From contig NW_021832775.1 of the NCBI RefSeq assembly GCF_006345805.1, positions 1 through 32,895 on the forward strand: DNA of 32,895 bases, in the 5' to 3' direction. Below the pieces are notes generated by a model. It saw only the letters and a list, made by a program, of their open reading frames with translations. It had not been told where the DNA came from and made no database searches. Every line of letters starts with the position of its first letter. Position 1 is the first letter of the stretch. Below are positions 9,145-22,176 of the stretch, one piece after another. The position numbers and the translations under genes were made by a program. This DNA is from Octopus sinensis. Taxonomy: Eukaryota.

Positions 9145-9425
9145 GTACATGTATATGTGTTTGTGTGTGTGTGTAAATATAAATATATACACATGTACGT
9201 TTGTTTGTGCATATGTATGTATATAATTATGCATATATGCATGTATATATATATATATACATATATATATCTATATATGTGTGTATATATACATATATAT
9301 GTATAAGTATATAAATATGTATGTGTACAAATATAATTACATATGCAAAAGTGTGTATATGTGTCAGTGTGTGTGTGTGCCTATAGATAGATAGATAGAT
9401 AGATAGATAAATAGATTGATAGATT

Positions 9426-9472
<47 letters not shown>

Positions 9473-9473
9473 T

Positions 9474-9524
<51 letters not shown>

Positions 9525-9533
9525 CGATCGATC

Positions 9534-9586
<53 letters not shown>

Positions 9587-9686
9587 TCTGTCTCTACTTT
9601 TAACAACTTACTAAAAGAAAGGAAATTGCTCCTTTTCACACATATAAACAATGTTTTCACTTTCTTTCTTAAATTCTCTTTCCTTT

Positions 9687-9737
<51 letters not shown>

Positions 9738-9873
9738 CCCACTCTATGTTTCATTATTTGTCTAACACGCAAAGTGGGCAGAAGCCTATCTACACATTAC
9801 AATGAGACACTGTGTATCTCTCTTTCTCCATCCTCATTTCTTCATTCTCTCACACGTTCTTCCCTTCCTCTCA

Positions 9874-9921
<48 letters not shown>

Positions 9922-9925
9922 TATC

Positions 9926-9956
<31 letters not shown>

Positions 9957-10310
9957 TTATCTATCACTGTTAAACTCATATTCTCATATCTTAATGTTCC
10001 TTTCGCCAGTACGCTTCCCATCACGTCTTTTTATAGTTTCTTTTTTTCACACACACTCTCTTTCGTACTCTTTCTCTCTCTCTGCCTCTCCCCTCTCTCT
10101 CTGCCTCTCCCCTCTCTCTCTCTCGCGCTCTCTATCTCTCACGCTCTCTCACTCTCTTTCTCTCTTATACACACAATTAACTAAACTGGGCACCAATTAC
10201 ACACCACCCTTCTAATTTCTACCTTCATATTCAACGTATATTTTCCTCTATTGTTATCTATCTATCCATCTATCTATCTATCTATCAATCTATCTATTAT
10301 CTATCTATCT

Positions 10311-10344
<34 letters not shown>

Positions 10345-10351
10345 AATATAT

Positions 10352-10383
<32 letters not shown>

Positions 10384-10385
10384 GC
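9001..10385. repeat. Microsatellite-dense block: (TC), (TA/TG), (GATA) 9383-9585, (TTTC), (TC), (TATC)
   Basis: Direct read. Confidence 0.9.
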
Positions 10386-10392
10386 ATATAAA

Positions 10393-10565
10393 CAGTGGTG
10401 TAGCTAGGGTGTGACAAGCAGGGTAGATGCCCTGGTCGCCACTTAGAGGGTATCGCAATTTTGGCCAAGATCATTTTGTAATTAAGCCATTAAAAAAAAA
10501 ATTGGTCGGCCTGGCGGCGCAATTTTAGTGCTTACTCGGCGCAATTTTCCCTAGTTACGCCCCTG
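10393..10565. mobile_element. MITE, probably hAT superfamily (173 bp)
   Basis: 17-bp imperfect TIRs CAGTGGTGTAGCTAGGG / CCCTAGTTACGCCCCTG; 8-bp flanks CATATAAA / CATATATA (7/8) fit an hAT-type TSD. Confidence 0.75.
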
Positions 10566-10659
10566 CATATATATATATCTATATATACATACATATATGT
10601 ATGTGTATTGTGTTTGAATTATATGTATATATATATATACACATGTGTGTGTGTGTGAA

Positions 10660-10770
10660 AGCACGTTTCTTGGTGGTTAGAAAATTGATGTTACGATCGC
10701 TAGACTGTGGGTTCGAGTTCGGTCAACCAAAGAAACCAGCGAATTGTGCTCTTGAGCAAAACGCATATTG
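10660..10770 (+). mobile_element. Degraded tRNA-SINE head
   Basis: GTGGTTAG...GGTTCGAGTTC...TGTGCTCTTGAGCAAAAC; similar to the reverse complement of 27495-27593. Confidence 0.55.
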
Positions 10771-11050
10771 ACTAGTCGGTGTATAACATCCGAGTGTATT
10801 CTCAATCACGTGATCACTTGATACACACACACATCTATATATATGTTTCACCGCTAAATCCACAAATTTTTTTGCTTTTATTCTCTCTCTTTATATTCTC
10901 TTATTCCTTTCTGTTAAAGAGCTTAGGCACGAAATTTTAAAGACTTTTTCACTTTCCCGTGCAGCAAACTAAAACACCTGCTTATTATTCATACACAGCC
11001 TTCGACATTTGTTTTCTTAAATTTCCAATATATATATATATATATATATA

Positions 11051-11498
11051 TAATTAATTAATAAGGGTGAGAGAATAGATACTAATTAATAGTATATTAT
11101 TCAACACCAAGTGGCCTAGTGCTACGAGAAACCTGGATTTATAATATTTTATAACTATTTACAATACTTTTACAAAACAAATATAAGAGAGTGGTCAATA
11201 TATTGCTCACTCTAGCACCAGTTAATCCAAAGGTTTCAACCACGAAGATACATGTTTCCCATGAAAGCCAGTACGACTGTTAGCTCACACGGACAGGGCA
11301 AGTAAAAAATAACAAAAATACAGATTATTTTGGGACAATTGTTTCGCTATTAATGAATTAAATGTAATATTACTTACAAAAAAATCCATTTGTAGCTCGT
11401 CAGCCAAGACTATCTGGATGAAATCCACTCAATCACACGCCAGATTTTACCATAACGATAAAGAGTGAGCATATATTGACCACTCTCTTATATTTGTT

Positions 11499-11500
<2 letters not shown>
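11051..11500 (-). mobile_element. Hammerhead-bearing Penelope/retrozyme-like monomer with a short inverted end, inside (TA)n
   Basis: Inverted repeat 11176-11213 / 11462-11498; intact hammerhead; shares short motifs with the 484-bp unit; (TA)n on both sides. Confidence 0.8.
11321..11416 (-). ncRNA. Type I hammerhead ribozyme, GUC site, 43-nt loop II
   Basis: Minus strand CAGATAGTCTTGG-CTGACGA-GCTA-[43 nt]-TAGC-GAAA-CAATTG-TC-CCAAAATAATCTG; palindromic ACAATTGT stem III. Confidence 0.85.
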
Positions 11501-11553
<53 letters not shown>

Positions 11554-11562
11554 ATAGATAGA

Positions 11563-11571
11563 TAAATAGAC

Positions 11572-11644
<73 letters not shown>
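11563..11644. repeat. (GATA)n microsatellite
   Basis: Direct read; joins the LINE 3' end. Confidence 0.95.
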
Positions 11645-11645
<1 letters not shown>

Positions 11646-13217
11646 GTTTCTTTATTGGCCACACAGGGCTGCACACAGATGGGACAAGTTACAAGGTAGA
11701 GCTTTTCTTTTGGGGGATGAAGAGAACAAAAAGCAAAAGAAAAAAAAGGGAGTGGCGTAGGTTTTCGATCAAGAGGGATCGTAAAAGGGAAGAAAAGAAC
11801 AAAAAAAATGAATAAAATAAAAGGAATAAAAAGGAAAAAAAGAAAAGGAAAAGGAACAAAAGGAAAGAGAAATGAAAAAAGAAGAAAAAAGGGGAAGAGG
11901 AAAAAAAAGAACGATCAATAGGGATCGTGTATCACAGTGTTATGATATATGGTGTAAAGGGAAAGCAAGTAAGGTTTATCTGTGGGAAGAAAAGCCTACG
12001 AAAAAGACCACGGTAACCTTGGTCATATTGTTATATGTTACCACATTTGTTTGCAAGTGGGTAACCCTCTCTTTTCAATTTCTGGGTTCATAGGATTATG
12101 CTCAAGGTGGCTTCGTCATTCATACGTGCCATCCTTGCTACATTCACCCATCTTTTTAAAACATTCGCTAGACAAAACTTGCCTCTCTACTCTCACTTCT
12201 CTTTTCAAGTGGTACTTGAAGAAGTTGATGAGAGATTGACCAGAGAGGAAAGTGTTTGTCTCCAATCCTTTCAGACGCGTCCACCAGATACATTCTTTCG
12301 CCATAGCCACAAGGATGATGAAAATAGCTCTTCCTTCCCGTTTGAAGGAAGGAGGCGTGACAATATTGACGATAGACTCAGCTGATAAACCGACTCGTCC
12401 CACACGTGACAGCAGTTGTTCGACATAAGCCCACAGGTCGGAAATCGTTGGACACTGCACGAGTGCGTGCAGAACGGTTTCGTCGCTCTGACCGCATCTC
12501 GGGCAGGTCGGCCCCGTGTTTCTCGAGCCGTGTCTGTAGAGCTTATCCCGAACGGGTAGCGCTTCTCGGTAGCACTGCCAGGCCAGGGATCTCTGGAATT
12601 TGTCCATGGGCCCTGGCCCGAAAGTCGTCCTGAACAGGCGGGTCAGGTACTCCTCGTCGACGTCCAGGTTCGCCCCGAGCTCGTCGTCGTACCTCCCCTC
12701 CTCTCCTCCACTAATCCCCTATAGAATGCTTTGGTTGTGTTGAAGTCACTCAAGATCGACCCGGGACGGCAGAGTTGCTTGAGAGCAACGCGACACTCGC
12801 GGTGCAAATCGCCCTTCCTCGGCCTCTTTTTGATCCACGACTGCAGTTCGGTCATGGAGACGAGCTGCGGGAAAGCGTGCCTCACAAACGGCGACCACAC
12901 CTGTTCACCGTCGTCTACATAGAGCCAGAGATGTCGCAGTCTCAGCGCGTGTCTGCGCATCATCAACCACGGCATGCCCAGCCCTCCTTTTAGCGGGTGT
13001 TGACAGCAAACGGATCGCCTGAACATCGGGACGCATCCTTTCCACAAGAAGCGAAAGAGAATGCGTTGTAGTTTGATGATGGTAGGGTCGGGACAAGGTA
13101 CGACGTTCAGATGTAGTAGATGACGGACGCGATGTACGTGTTCGCCACCTCCGCCCGACCTTTTAGGGACAGTTTCCTTTCGGCCCATTGCCGGGCGAGA
13201 GTGACCACCCTACTCGT
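11645..13217 (-). mobile_element. 5'-truncated Tx1/L1-clade LINE (post-RT region, CCHC knuckle, pyrimidine-rich 3' UTR), frameshifted
   Basis: Peptides QWAERKLSLKGRAEVAN, RILFRFLWKG...PLKGGLGMP and WQCYREALPVRDKLYRHG...CPRCGQSDETVLHALVQCP...ECIWWTR. GC-rich island. The 3' end AATAAAGAAACT runs into (TATC)n. Confidence 0.88.

Positions 13218-13282
<65 letters not shown>
13218..13282. repeat. (GATA)n microsatellite
   Basis: Direct read; joins the LINE 5' truncation point. Confidence 0.95.
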
Positions 13283-13283
<1 letters not shown>

Positions 13284-13844
13284 CATCCATACATACATAT
13301 ATGTATAGATATATTCTTATTATACATATTCTATCTCCTTCCCTCTATCTTTCTTTCTCATTCACTTTCATTCAATCCCTCACTCATTCACTCCTTCAAC
13401 ACCAATAGTCTCTTTCATCTTCGTATCCACTTTCTTCTAACACCGAACCTTCTTGCAATTGACGTCGTATTGTCTTTTCAATATGTTTTAATTTTTATTT
13501 ATGATCCATTTATAGTTATTATGCTATTAATATTTTACAACACCACCGTCTACACCGCTCTTAGTCAACCAATCTATATTATTTTATAAGCTGCCCGATA
13601 TTCCAGACGTCATATTGACGAAGATCTGAATATATTTTTCTTATTCTAAGCACTTCGAAATATTGGAGAAATTAGTTTTAATGCAAACTCATTCAATTTC
13701 CGCGAATGCAAATTTCTTGGAATATATAAAACTTGTTTATATTTGTGATGAGTTTACTTTGAAATCTTATGTATTTTACTTATGAATAATCAGATTTTTA
13801 AAAATGTAAACTAACGATAAGGTAATAAAAGTTATTACTCGTAT

Positions 13845-13847
13845 TAT

Positions 13848-13887
<40 letters not shown>

Positions 13888-14182
13888 GAGCGAAAGTGAG
13901 AGGGAGAGAAATAAAGAGATAGATATAGCTGAAGAGATATGTATATATACATACATATGTTTATGTGTATGTACATGTGTGTGTATAGATATATATAAAT
14001 ATACATATATGTATGTATATATGTATGTATGTATGATGTGTGCATATTGAATGAGGTAGAAAGAGAGACTGACTGACAGACAGTCAGACACATAGATAGA
14101 TAAATAGATATACAGGCAGACAGACAGACAGACAGATAGATAGATAGATAGATAGATAGATACATACATACATACATACATA
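13845..14182. repeat. (TA)/(TATG)/(GACA)/(GATA)/(TACA) microsatellite block
   Basis: Direct read. Confidence 0.9.
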
Positions 14183-14624
14183 GATTGTGAATGCAATTAA
14201 ATCATATGTCGAAGGCGTTTGTAACCTGAAACACGACATTTTATAAATATAAAACCAGACCACCAATGCCGCTCACCGGAAGCATTCTACTAAAACAGTT
14301 CATCTCTTGAAGTTTCCCAAAGTCATCTATAAACTGCAAATGGCTCACTGCAACCTGCATAAGTATTTGACTATGATTATTCGTAAGTTAAACGAACCTT
14401 TCGTCACACATAAATTAACTTCCCTCACTTAACGAAGGAGTTATGTATATGGAGATGATTTCAGTATCAATTGGAAATTTAATGCCGTCATGATTGTATT
14501 GTTATTTTGTAAGAGGGACAAAATTCTTGAGTAAGTGGTAGCTTTATTAAGCAGACGCTTTATTACTTTTGTTATATTTTAACTCGCAAAAAATACTGGG
14601 GTCTTTCGAGCGAAGCTATATTTT

Positions 14625-15082
14625 GGGTTCGCCAAAAGTCACCTGACTGTAAATCAAAACCATTTAATTTCAAGATTTATTTATGTTTAACAACTGAATG
14701 AATTTAATAAAAGTATCTAAATATGTCTGGGGAGAGTCATTTTTTTTTATGCCTTCTAATGTAACACACTCACCGGTAAAATTTTCACTTTTTTCTTATT
14801 TTTATTTTCCTAACGTGTTACCGGTGAGTGTGTTAAATTATAAGGCACAAAAAGAAAATGACTCTCCCCAGACACAACAGAATATGCTTCAACACACGAA
14901 CCCATTTAAAGAATCTTGCAAACCAAATCCAAAAACGAAATATCTGCATATGAAACATCATGAAAATTGTTGAAACTGAAGTCCTCTTTGAGCGACACAT
15001 TTTTCCATTGAAGTCACTACAGAATTACAGACAGTATTTATAGAATTGTGATTTACTGTCGGGTGACTTTTGGCCAAGCCTG
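14625..15082. mobile_element. Non-autonomous DNA transposon (Tc1/mariner-like MITE), outer element
   Basis: ~32-bp imperfect TIRs GGGTTCGCCAAAAGTCACCTGACTGTAAATCA / TGATTTACTGTCGGGTGACTTTTGGCCAAGCCTG. The superfamily call is tentative. Confidence 0.65.
14724..14874. mobile_element. Hairpin MITE nested in the outer element
   Basis: ~56-bp inverted arms TGTCTGGGGAGAGTCATTTT...TAACACACTCACCGGTAA / TTACCGGTGAGTGTGTTA...AAAATGACTCTCCCCAGACA. Confidence 0.75.
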
Positions 15083-15429
15083 GATAGTTGCTAAAAATGA
15101 AGAATGGGTATACAATGCAGTGGAAAGACATCGGCTTCAAAGTTTTATTTCATTACGCCAAAAATGCTTATATACACACGCTGACATAGAACCAATGTTG
15201 AAACCCTTATTCGCAAAATTACCGAATCTGGAACTTAACTACGGTCTGTCTATAGCACTTATTCAGCATTACCTGAGACCTTTGGGTCTCAATGACACCA
15301 TTATCTCTTATATATATATATATATATATATACATACATACATACATACATACACACACACCAACAGTGCAACGACCACCGCTCCCTTCTTTGTTGACAT
15401 GAAGACAGCGGTAGCATAACAACTATCTT

Positions 15430-15850
15430 GATCATCATTATGAATATTTTCACAACGACCATCATCACCATCGTCACTATCACCGCCACCGTCGTTATCA
15501 TCATCATCATCATCATCATATCATCCTCATCATCATCACCAATCATCATCATCAGCATCATCATCATCATCAGCAGCAGCAGCATTATCCATCATCGTCG
15601 TAGTCATCATCATCACCACCACCACCACTTGATCATCGTCATTATCGTCATTATTATCATCATCATCATTACGATCAACGACGACAAAGCAGCAGCAGCA
15701 GTAGCAGCAGCAGCCGTGGCAGCAACACTGTCATCTTCGATGACACATACATCACAGTATCAGCTGTCCGCCTGAGCCGAAATCCTCTCCTCCACCTTCA
15801 CCTCCTCCTACTCCTCTTCACCACCACTACCACCACCACCTGCACCACGT
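15430..15850. repeat. (CAT)/(CAG)/(CAC) low-complexity tract
   Basis: Direct read. Confidence 0.9.
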
Positions 15851-16574
15851 CCATCTTCTACATACTCACTTACACACCAACACATCCCATTCACATCCCT
15901 TTCGCAATCCTACACGATTCAGTCGTTTACTTCGCCATGTATAATAATTTCCCCTCCATAATTAGCATCACGCTTAAAACATTGGCCAGCCGTGTTTACT
16001 TATTGATGAGATTTCGCTGATAAAGGACTGCGGAAGCTGCTAAGCTCAACGACAATTGGTGTTGATAGTCGTGGTTGTTATAATGGAAGAATGAATATGA
16101 CAAGGACGAGCGATGACTAGGACAAATATACTTAAAGAAAAGAAAAGAGGAAAAATAAAGAGAAGAGGGTGATATAGAAAATACAATTACATATTTATAG
16201 ATAAAGCACATTTGGGTTGGTTCTATTAAATAATAAATACTAACACATCTTCAGTAGATTGCTTTGTGCTGTTATGATTAAAAGCTTTGGTGTGACGGTG
16301 AATGACAGAGCGAGAAACAGGATGGAAGTGATAGAGATTATGAGAAAGCGAGGAGTGAGGTAGATCGTCAATGCAGGAAGATAGAGTGAGACGAAGAGAA
16401 TCAGAGAGTGAGAAGGAAGGGTGGAGGAAGTGATAGACAGCCAAATAGAATTTACAAGTCTCTGCGAGAGATGCTACACACCTAGATTTATGCATAAGCA
16501 TGAAGACTTCTGATTGCAGAGATAATAGTTCGGCCATTATTGATTTCTGGGCCAGCTAATTAAAAAAGGATATA

Positions 16575-17072
<498 letters not shown>

Positions 17073-17377
17073 ACACATAGTTCTTTGACATGAATTGTCT
17101 GCAGGACTCATGAAATACTAAGAATAAATAGTGACTTTAGCAATCTAGATCAGATTTGCATACTTCACAATATCTGATCAACGCAAAAGAATTTTAAACA
17201 GTAAAGGATTTGTACCTATAAAACGTACAATACAAAGCGTATTGCTGGTGTTTTCTTATCTTCTCCAAAATACTATGCAGGTAAATAAATAAGTTATACA
17301 ACAAAGATGTATTTTGTATATTGGGCACTGACCACATTAAATATGTCCGGACACACACATTCTTGTATAAGAATTAA

Positions 17378-17832
17378 TGCAAGCCTTCAAGGTGACGCTG
17401 GGTTACAAAATATACGGAACCCAATATACGCATCATCACTACCCGTCTGATGAGGGTACACGAGATACATGCATCACAACCATATGGTGATCACAACCTA
17501 CATGGTGATCTCATATCAAGACACACAGCACATGACCTTGCATATAGAGCCTAGTTAGAATTTTTGTTCGGATCGAGAAGCCCATCCCGCTCAAAAGGTC
17601 CCAGAGTAACGTTCGCTTCAGGATGATGAATGCAACATCCATATTTCCATGGGGGAATTGTTCAAACCTCAAAAAATCCCTTTAAGCACATAGCTATGCG
17701 CGTAATCAGAGATGCACATATTGTCAGTCACTAAGGTACATGCAGAAAAACAAAATATGCACAAGATAGCACTTCCGATCATCTATGATCAGATGACATA
17801 AGACACATCGTCTGCTACTGCATCAGGGCATT
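17378..17832 (-). mobile_element. Family T repeat, old diverged copy
   Basis: ACTACCCGTCTGATGAGGGTACAC...TACTGCATCAGGGCATT matches 18636-19055. Confidence 0.75.
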
Positions 17833-17854
17833 AATTATTATTATTATTATTATT

Positions 17855-18540
17855 CAGTAGTTTTATTTTTATAGCGTGCTTTCACTTCACTACCGAGCAC
17901 AGCTCTGTGTGCCTTGGGTATGTGCTGTGATTTGTTGTGATGCTCTGATGGTTATTGTATGGAAAGTGTTCTGCGTAGGATGTGTGCAGTGCCTAGTAGT
18001 GCAATTTTCTGTATGTTATATGTGTTTGTAAGTCCTGGTGTTTTTGTTATGTATTTGTCTGAATATTTTTTTATCATGCCTAATGCACCTACTATGATAG
18101 GAATTGTTTCTCTTTTCAGATTCCACATTCTAGTTACCTCTATTTCCAGGTCTTTGTATTTGAGAGTTTCTCCATTTCTTTTAGAGACACGTTGTCATCA
18201 GCCGGTATTGATACATCAATTAGAAAGCATTTTTTTTCTTCATGATCTCTGACAACTATATCTGGTCTGTTGGCCTTAATTTCTCTATCTGTGTGTATCG
18301 ACATATCCCAGAGTATGGTTGCTTTCTCGTTTTCTGTGACCTTTTCTGGTGTGTGCCTATACCATCTTTTTTCTGTTGTTATTCCATAATGTTGGCATAG
18401 CTTCCAATGTATGTAGGTTCCAACGCTGTTATGTCTGTGAATATATTCCTTCTTAGCCAAGACTGGGCAGCTAGAGATAATATGATTTATTGTTTCTTGT
18501 CCATCTCCACATATTCTGCAGTTACTTCTAATATTTCTTT
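17855..18540 (-). mobile_element. 5'-truncated R4/Dong-clade non-LTR retrotransposon (CCHC knuckle, PD-(D/E)xK RLE endonuclease, 3' UTR)
   Basis: CRICGDGQETINHIISSC, RHNSV, ILWD, NRPDIVV, IDVSIP and EKLS. One frameshift near 18160 continues YKDLEIEVTRMWNLK...IVGALG...QKIALLGTAHILRRTLSIQ* (stop 17952-54). (TAA)n on both sides. Confidence 0.92.
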
Positions 18541-18552
18541 TTATTATTATTA

Positions 18553-18619
<67 letters not shown>

Positions 18620-18634
18620 CATTATTATTATTAT
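18541..18634. repeat. (TTA)n microsatellite
   Basis: Direct read. Confidence 0.95.
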
Positions 18635-18635
18635 A

Positions 18636-19238
<603 letters not shown>

Positions 19239-20119
19239 GGTTGCTGAAGAGCTTAAAATTCTTTGCGATATTCTTTCTGTTTTACAACAATAATTGAATG
19301 AATTAATTTTGATTTTAGATTTTATTGATCGTTTTGAAATATGTACCACTTACTAGTGTTAGACAATGAGAAGTATTTTATAAAAATATTTTCACTTTAT
19401 TTTACTGTTTAGCGCTAAATTGAAAATGGCTTCTTCTTTCCCCGGACACCATATACACAATGACACAGGAAAGAAATCACGAGATCTATTAAACAAAGGA
19501 GAACATAGTGTAAGAATACAATAACAGAAGAGGAAAAAAAAATTACACTTCAGGAAAGAAAAAAACATTATAATTAACATCACGTGTAGCGACAACAGCT
19601 GTAGTACTGATACGCTATTTACGAATTTTGTATTAGCATGCATTTCCAGAAAGTGCTTGATTCTATCAAAACCAAACCCGGTAGAAATGCATACCTAAAA
19701 TTCTCACTGTCGCTTTTATTTAGTTTTTTTTTACAGCTCAAACTTTAAATGATTATCATAAATCCTGCCACAACGAAAAAAATTAAAAGAACGAATATAA
19801 AGAGATATAAATTTGAATCTAAGACATTTTGTTTGAATTATTCTGAAGTTTATTGACCCTCAAACCGTTTCTTCATAACTTTCGCAGAAAGGAATATCTT
19901 TAATATCTTTTAAAAGATGATTTGTTTCTGATACTGCCACACCTGTATTTTCATGCACACTACGTTCATCTTACCTTTGAATAAATACCGCGGTTACTTT
20001 ACCTTGGAAGACAAAAAAAGACATCCTGTCAAATATTCTCATCCTCTCTGTGTGTAAAAGTCTCTTTGCTACACAGACACTGATTACAAGGTGTCAAACT
20101 AACAAAGCAATATTTCTTC

Positions 20120-20309
20120 GCAATTTGGTGGTGGGGTAGGAGCTATTGATTATATCGACCCGAATATTCAATTGTTACTTATTTTACCGACCCTGAAAGG
20201 ATGTAAAGCTATGTCGACCTCAGCCGAATTTGAACTCAGATAGAACAAACGGACGAAACGCTATTCAGCATTTTCCCGGCTTTTAAAAAATTCTACCAGC
20301 TCACCACCT
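20120..20309 (-). mobile_element. SINE family A, degraded
   Basis: ATCGACCC...TACTTATTTTACCGACCCTGAAAGGATG...GAATTTGAACTCAGA...CCAGCTCACCACC. Confidence 0.75.
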
Positions 20310-20573
20310 ATGCAAACAAAGCAATCGGGATTTCAAATTTCTGTACATAGGCGTAGGCGTGGCTGTAAGTAGCCTGCTTACGGGTTGCTTCTGCGCATGT
20401 GCATATCAGTGTTGTGTTTGACACCGAAGATGTAAGACGTGGTTTTGAAAGCCGTCTTAAATTGAAGACTTTTGAATACTCAGCCGTAAGGTAAGAATTT
20501 TGGGGGTCTAGTGGGGACCTGTTGTATGTCGCAAATCATTTTTACAAGCAAGAAGTCCTCACTAGGCTCTAGT

Positions 20574-21116
20574 ATTGTTACGTGTGAGGAAAAATGGATT
20601 CCTTTCAACAATAGCAAATGTTATGTACGGTGTTGAGATAGAGACTAAGTGCCAAAATACAATACAAAATGAATACTCATTAAATAAATCTAATGGTATT
20701 TGTTTATTGGTCTTGCGCTGGTGTCATCCACTACAGCTTCATGAGAGCTTGTAAGTCAATTACATCGGATGTATACATTAACTAACTGGATGAAATGATG
20801 AGTGAACTTTCAATTAAACCACCGAGATTGGTCAATAGAGACCGGCCAATTCTCTTGCTAGACATGCTCGACCACATGTTTCACAGAGAACGTTACTCAA
20901 GTTACAGGAACTAAACTTGGAAGTACTCTGTTATCCACCATATTCACTAGACCTTTCATCAACTACCTAGCATGTTTTCCAGGCACTAGACAGCATTTTG
21001 CTTGGAAAAAACTTCAAATCTGAAGAATATGCAAAAACAGCCTTTCTGCCGGCATAAATATGCTACCGATAATACGGCAAAATTGTGCTGATAATTTAGG
21101 TGAATACTTTGTTTAG
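20574..21116 (+). pseudogene. Mariner (DD34D, Hsmar1/cecropia-like) transposase catalytic-domain relic
   Basis: Manual translation: IVTCEEKWI; WSCAGVIHYSF; PRLVNRDRPILLLD-ARPHV; LEVLCYPPYSLDLS; GINMLP...GEYFV*. Contains stops and frameshifts. Confidence 0.88.
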
Positions 21117-21294
21117 CTGCATTGCTTTTTGTTTAGATAAATTAAAATAAACTTTCAATTCAAAATCATTTGATTCTTAATGAACCGATATAAAGCAGTT
21201 ACCATGTGCATGTGTGCGCATCATACTCCACGAATATATAAACATTCACAGCTACATATTTCTTAATTACATTCTACAGCATGTATTGAAATAT

Positions 21295-21418
21295 TGGTTT
21301 AAAAATTTGGCACAAGTCCAGCAATTTTGAGGAAAGGTTCAAGTCGAACGCATCGATACCCAGTGCTCAACTGGCACTTATTTTATCGACCCCCGAAAGG
21401 AGGATACGTAAGGTCGAT
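21295..21418 (-). mobile_element. SINE family A-related 3' fragment
   Basis: CCAGTGCTCAACTGGCACTTATTTTATCGACCCCCGAAAGGA. Confidence 0.7.
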
Positions 21419-22176
21419 CATGGTTTAGGTATGTAGGTATGTAAATTGACATAAACCAAAAGATAAAGCTCCTTTATGTGAAGGAGCTTGTAAATATTTT
21501 TTGTACAGTCTCCTGAAGGTGTGAGTGTACGCGAGTTCGCTCGCGCGCCTGCGCACATGTTTGTCTGGATGTAGTTAAAATTAGTGTTCGCACAGTGGCT
21601 AATTCGCATCTTCCATTACGTCTCTGTTTCTTTGTACAGATGCTTAGACCACAGAGAACAAAAGCAAACAGCACGTCTGTATCTCAATAAATCAAACGTT
21701 AATCATACAACGCTGTCGAAAACTACAAATACAGGAACAGCTACTCTTCAAAAACAAGCTACTAGACAGAAACCCAAGAATGAGTCAGCATGCGGTTTCT
21801 CAACTTGCTAAAAATAGCAGCTAGTTCTACCTTAATTATACCCTGTCTTCTTAAGAGGAAAGACACCTTGTGTTATACAGTGTGTAGATAAAATCCCTGA
21901 AAAGAATCACTGGATGGTCGTTGATACAATGCTTTTTACTACGCATCTGCTTCGTAAGGGTTGATCTGCGGCTAAACAACAACAGCTGTTAGACATAACA
22001 GTGTATTATTACACCAAAGGTAACAATTACTATTGTTTTTTGTTTTTACTCTTTTTTTCCCATTGTAGATTGGCTGTAATGAGAGAATATGTAAACAAAC
22101 GAATGCGTCGCTGGCAAAGGAAACCCCAGCATCATGATCTCCACAATTGTTCCTATAATTTATTGCTAATCATAAT

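Noticed and set aside
7484-10215. Long ORFs rich in poly-I/Y/S/V/L (also at 13776-14196, 15301-17111, 18893-19247, 23541-25307 and 32122-32505)
   Set aside because: Translations of microsatellites with no protein-like content.
13614-13666. TTGACGAAG...CTTCGAAATATT hammerhead-like motif
   Set aside because: C3 is absent and there is no convincing stem I; too degenerate to call.
17959-18252. Plus-strand 97-aa ORF (and plus-strand ORFs at 11872-12993)
   Set aside because: Antisense shadows of LINE coding or UTR sequence.
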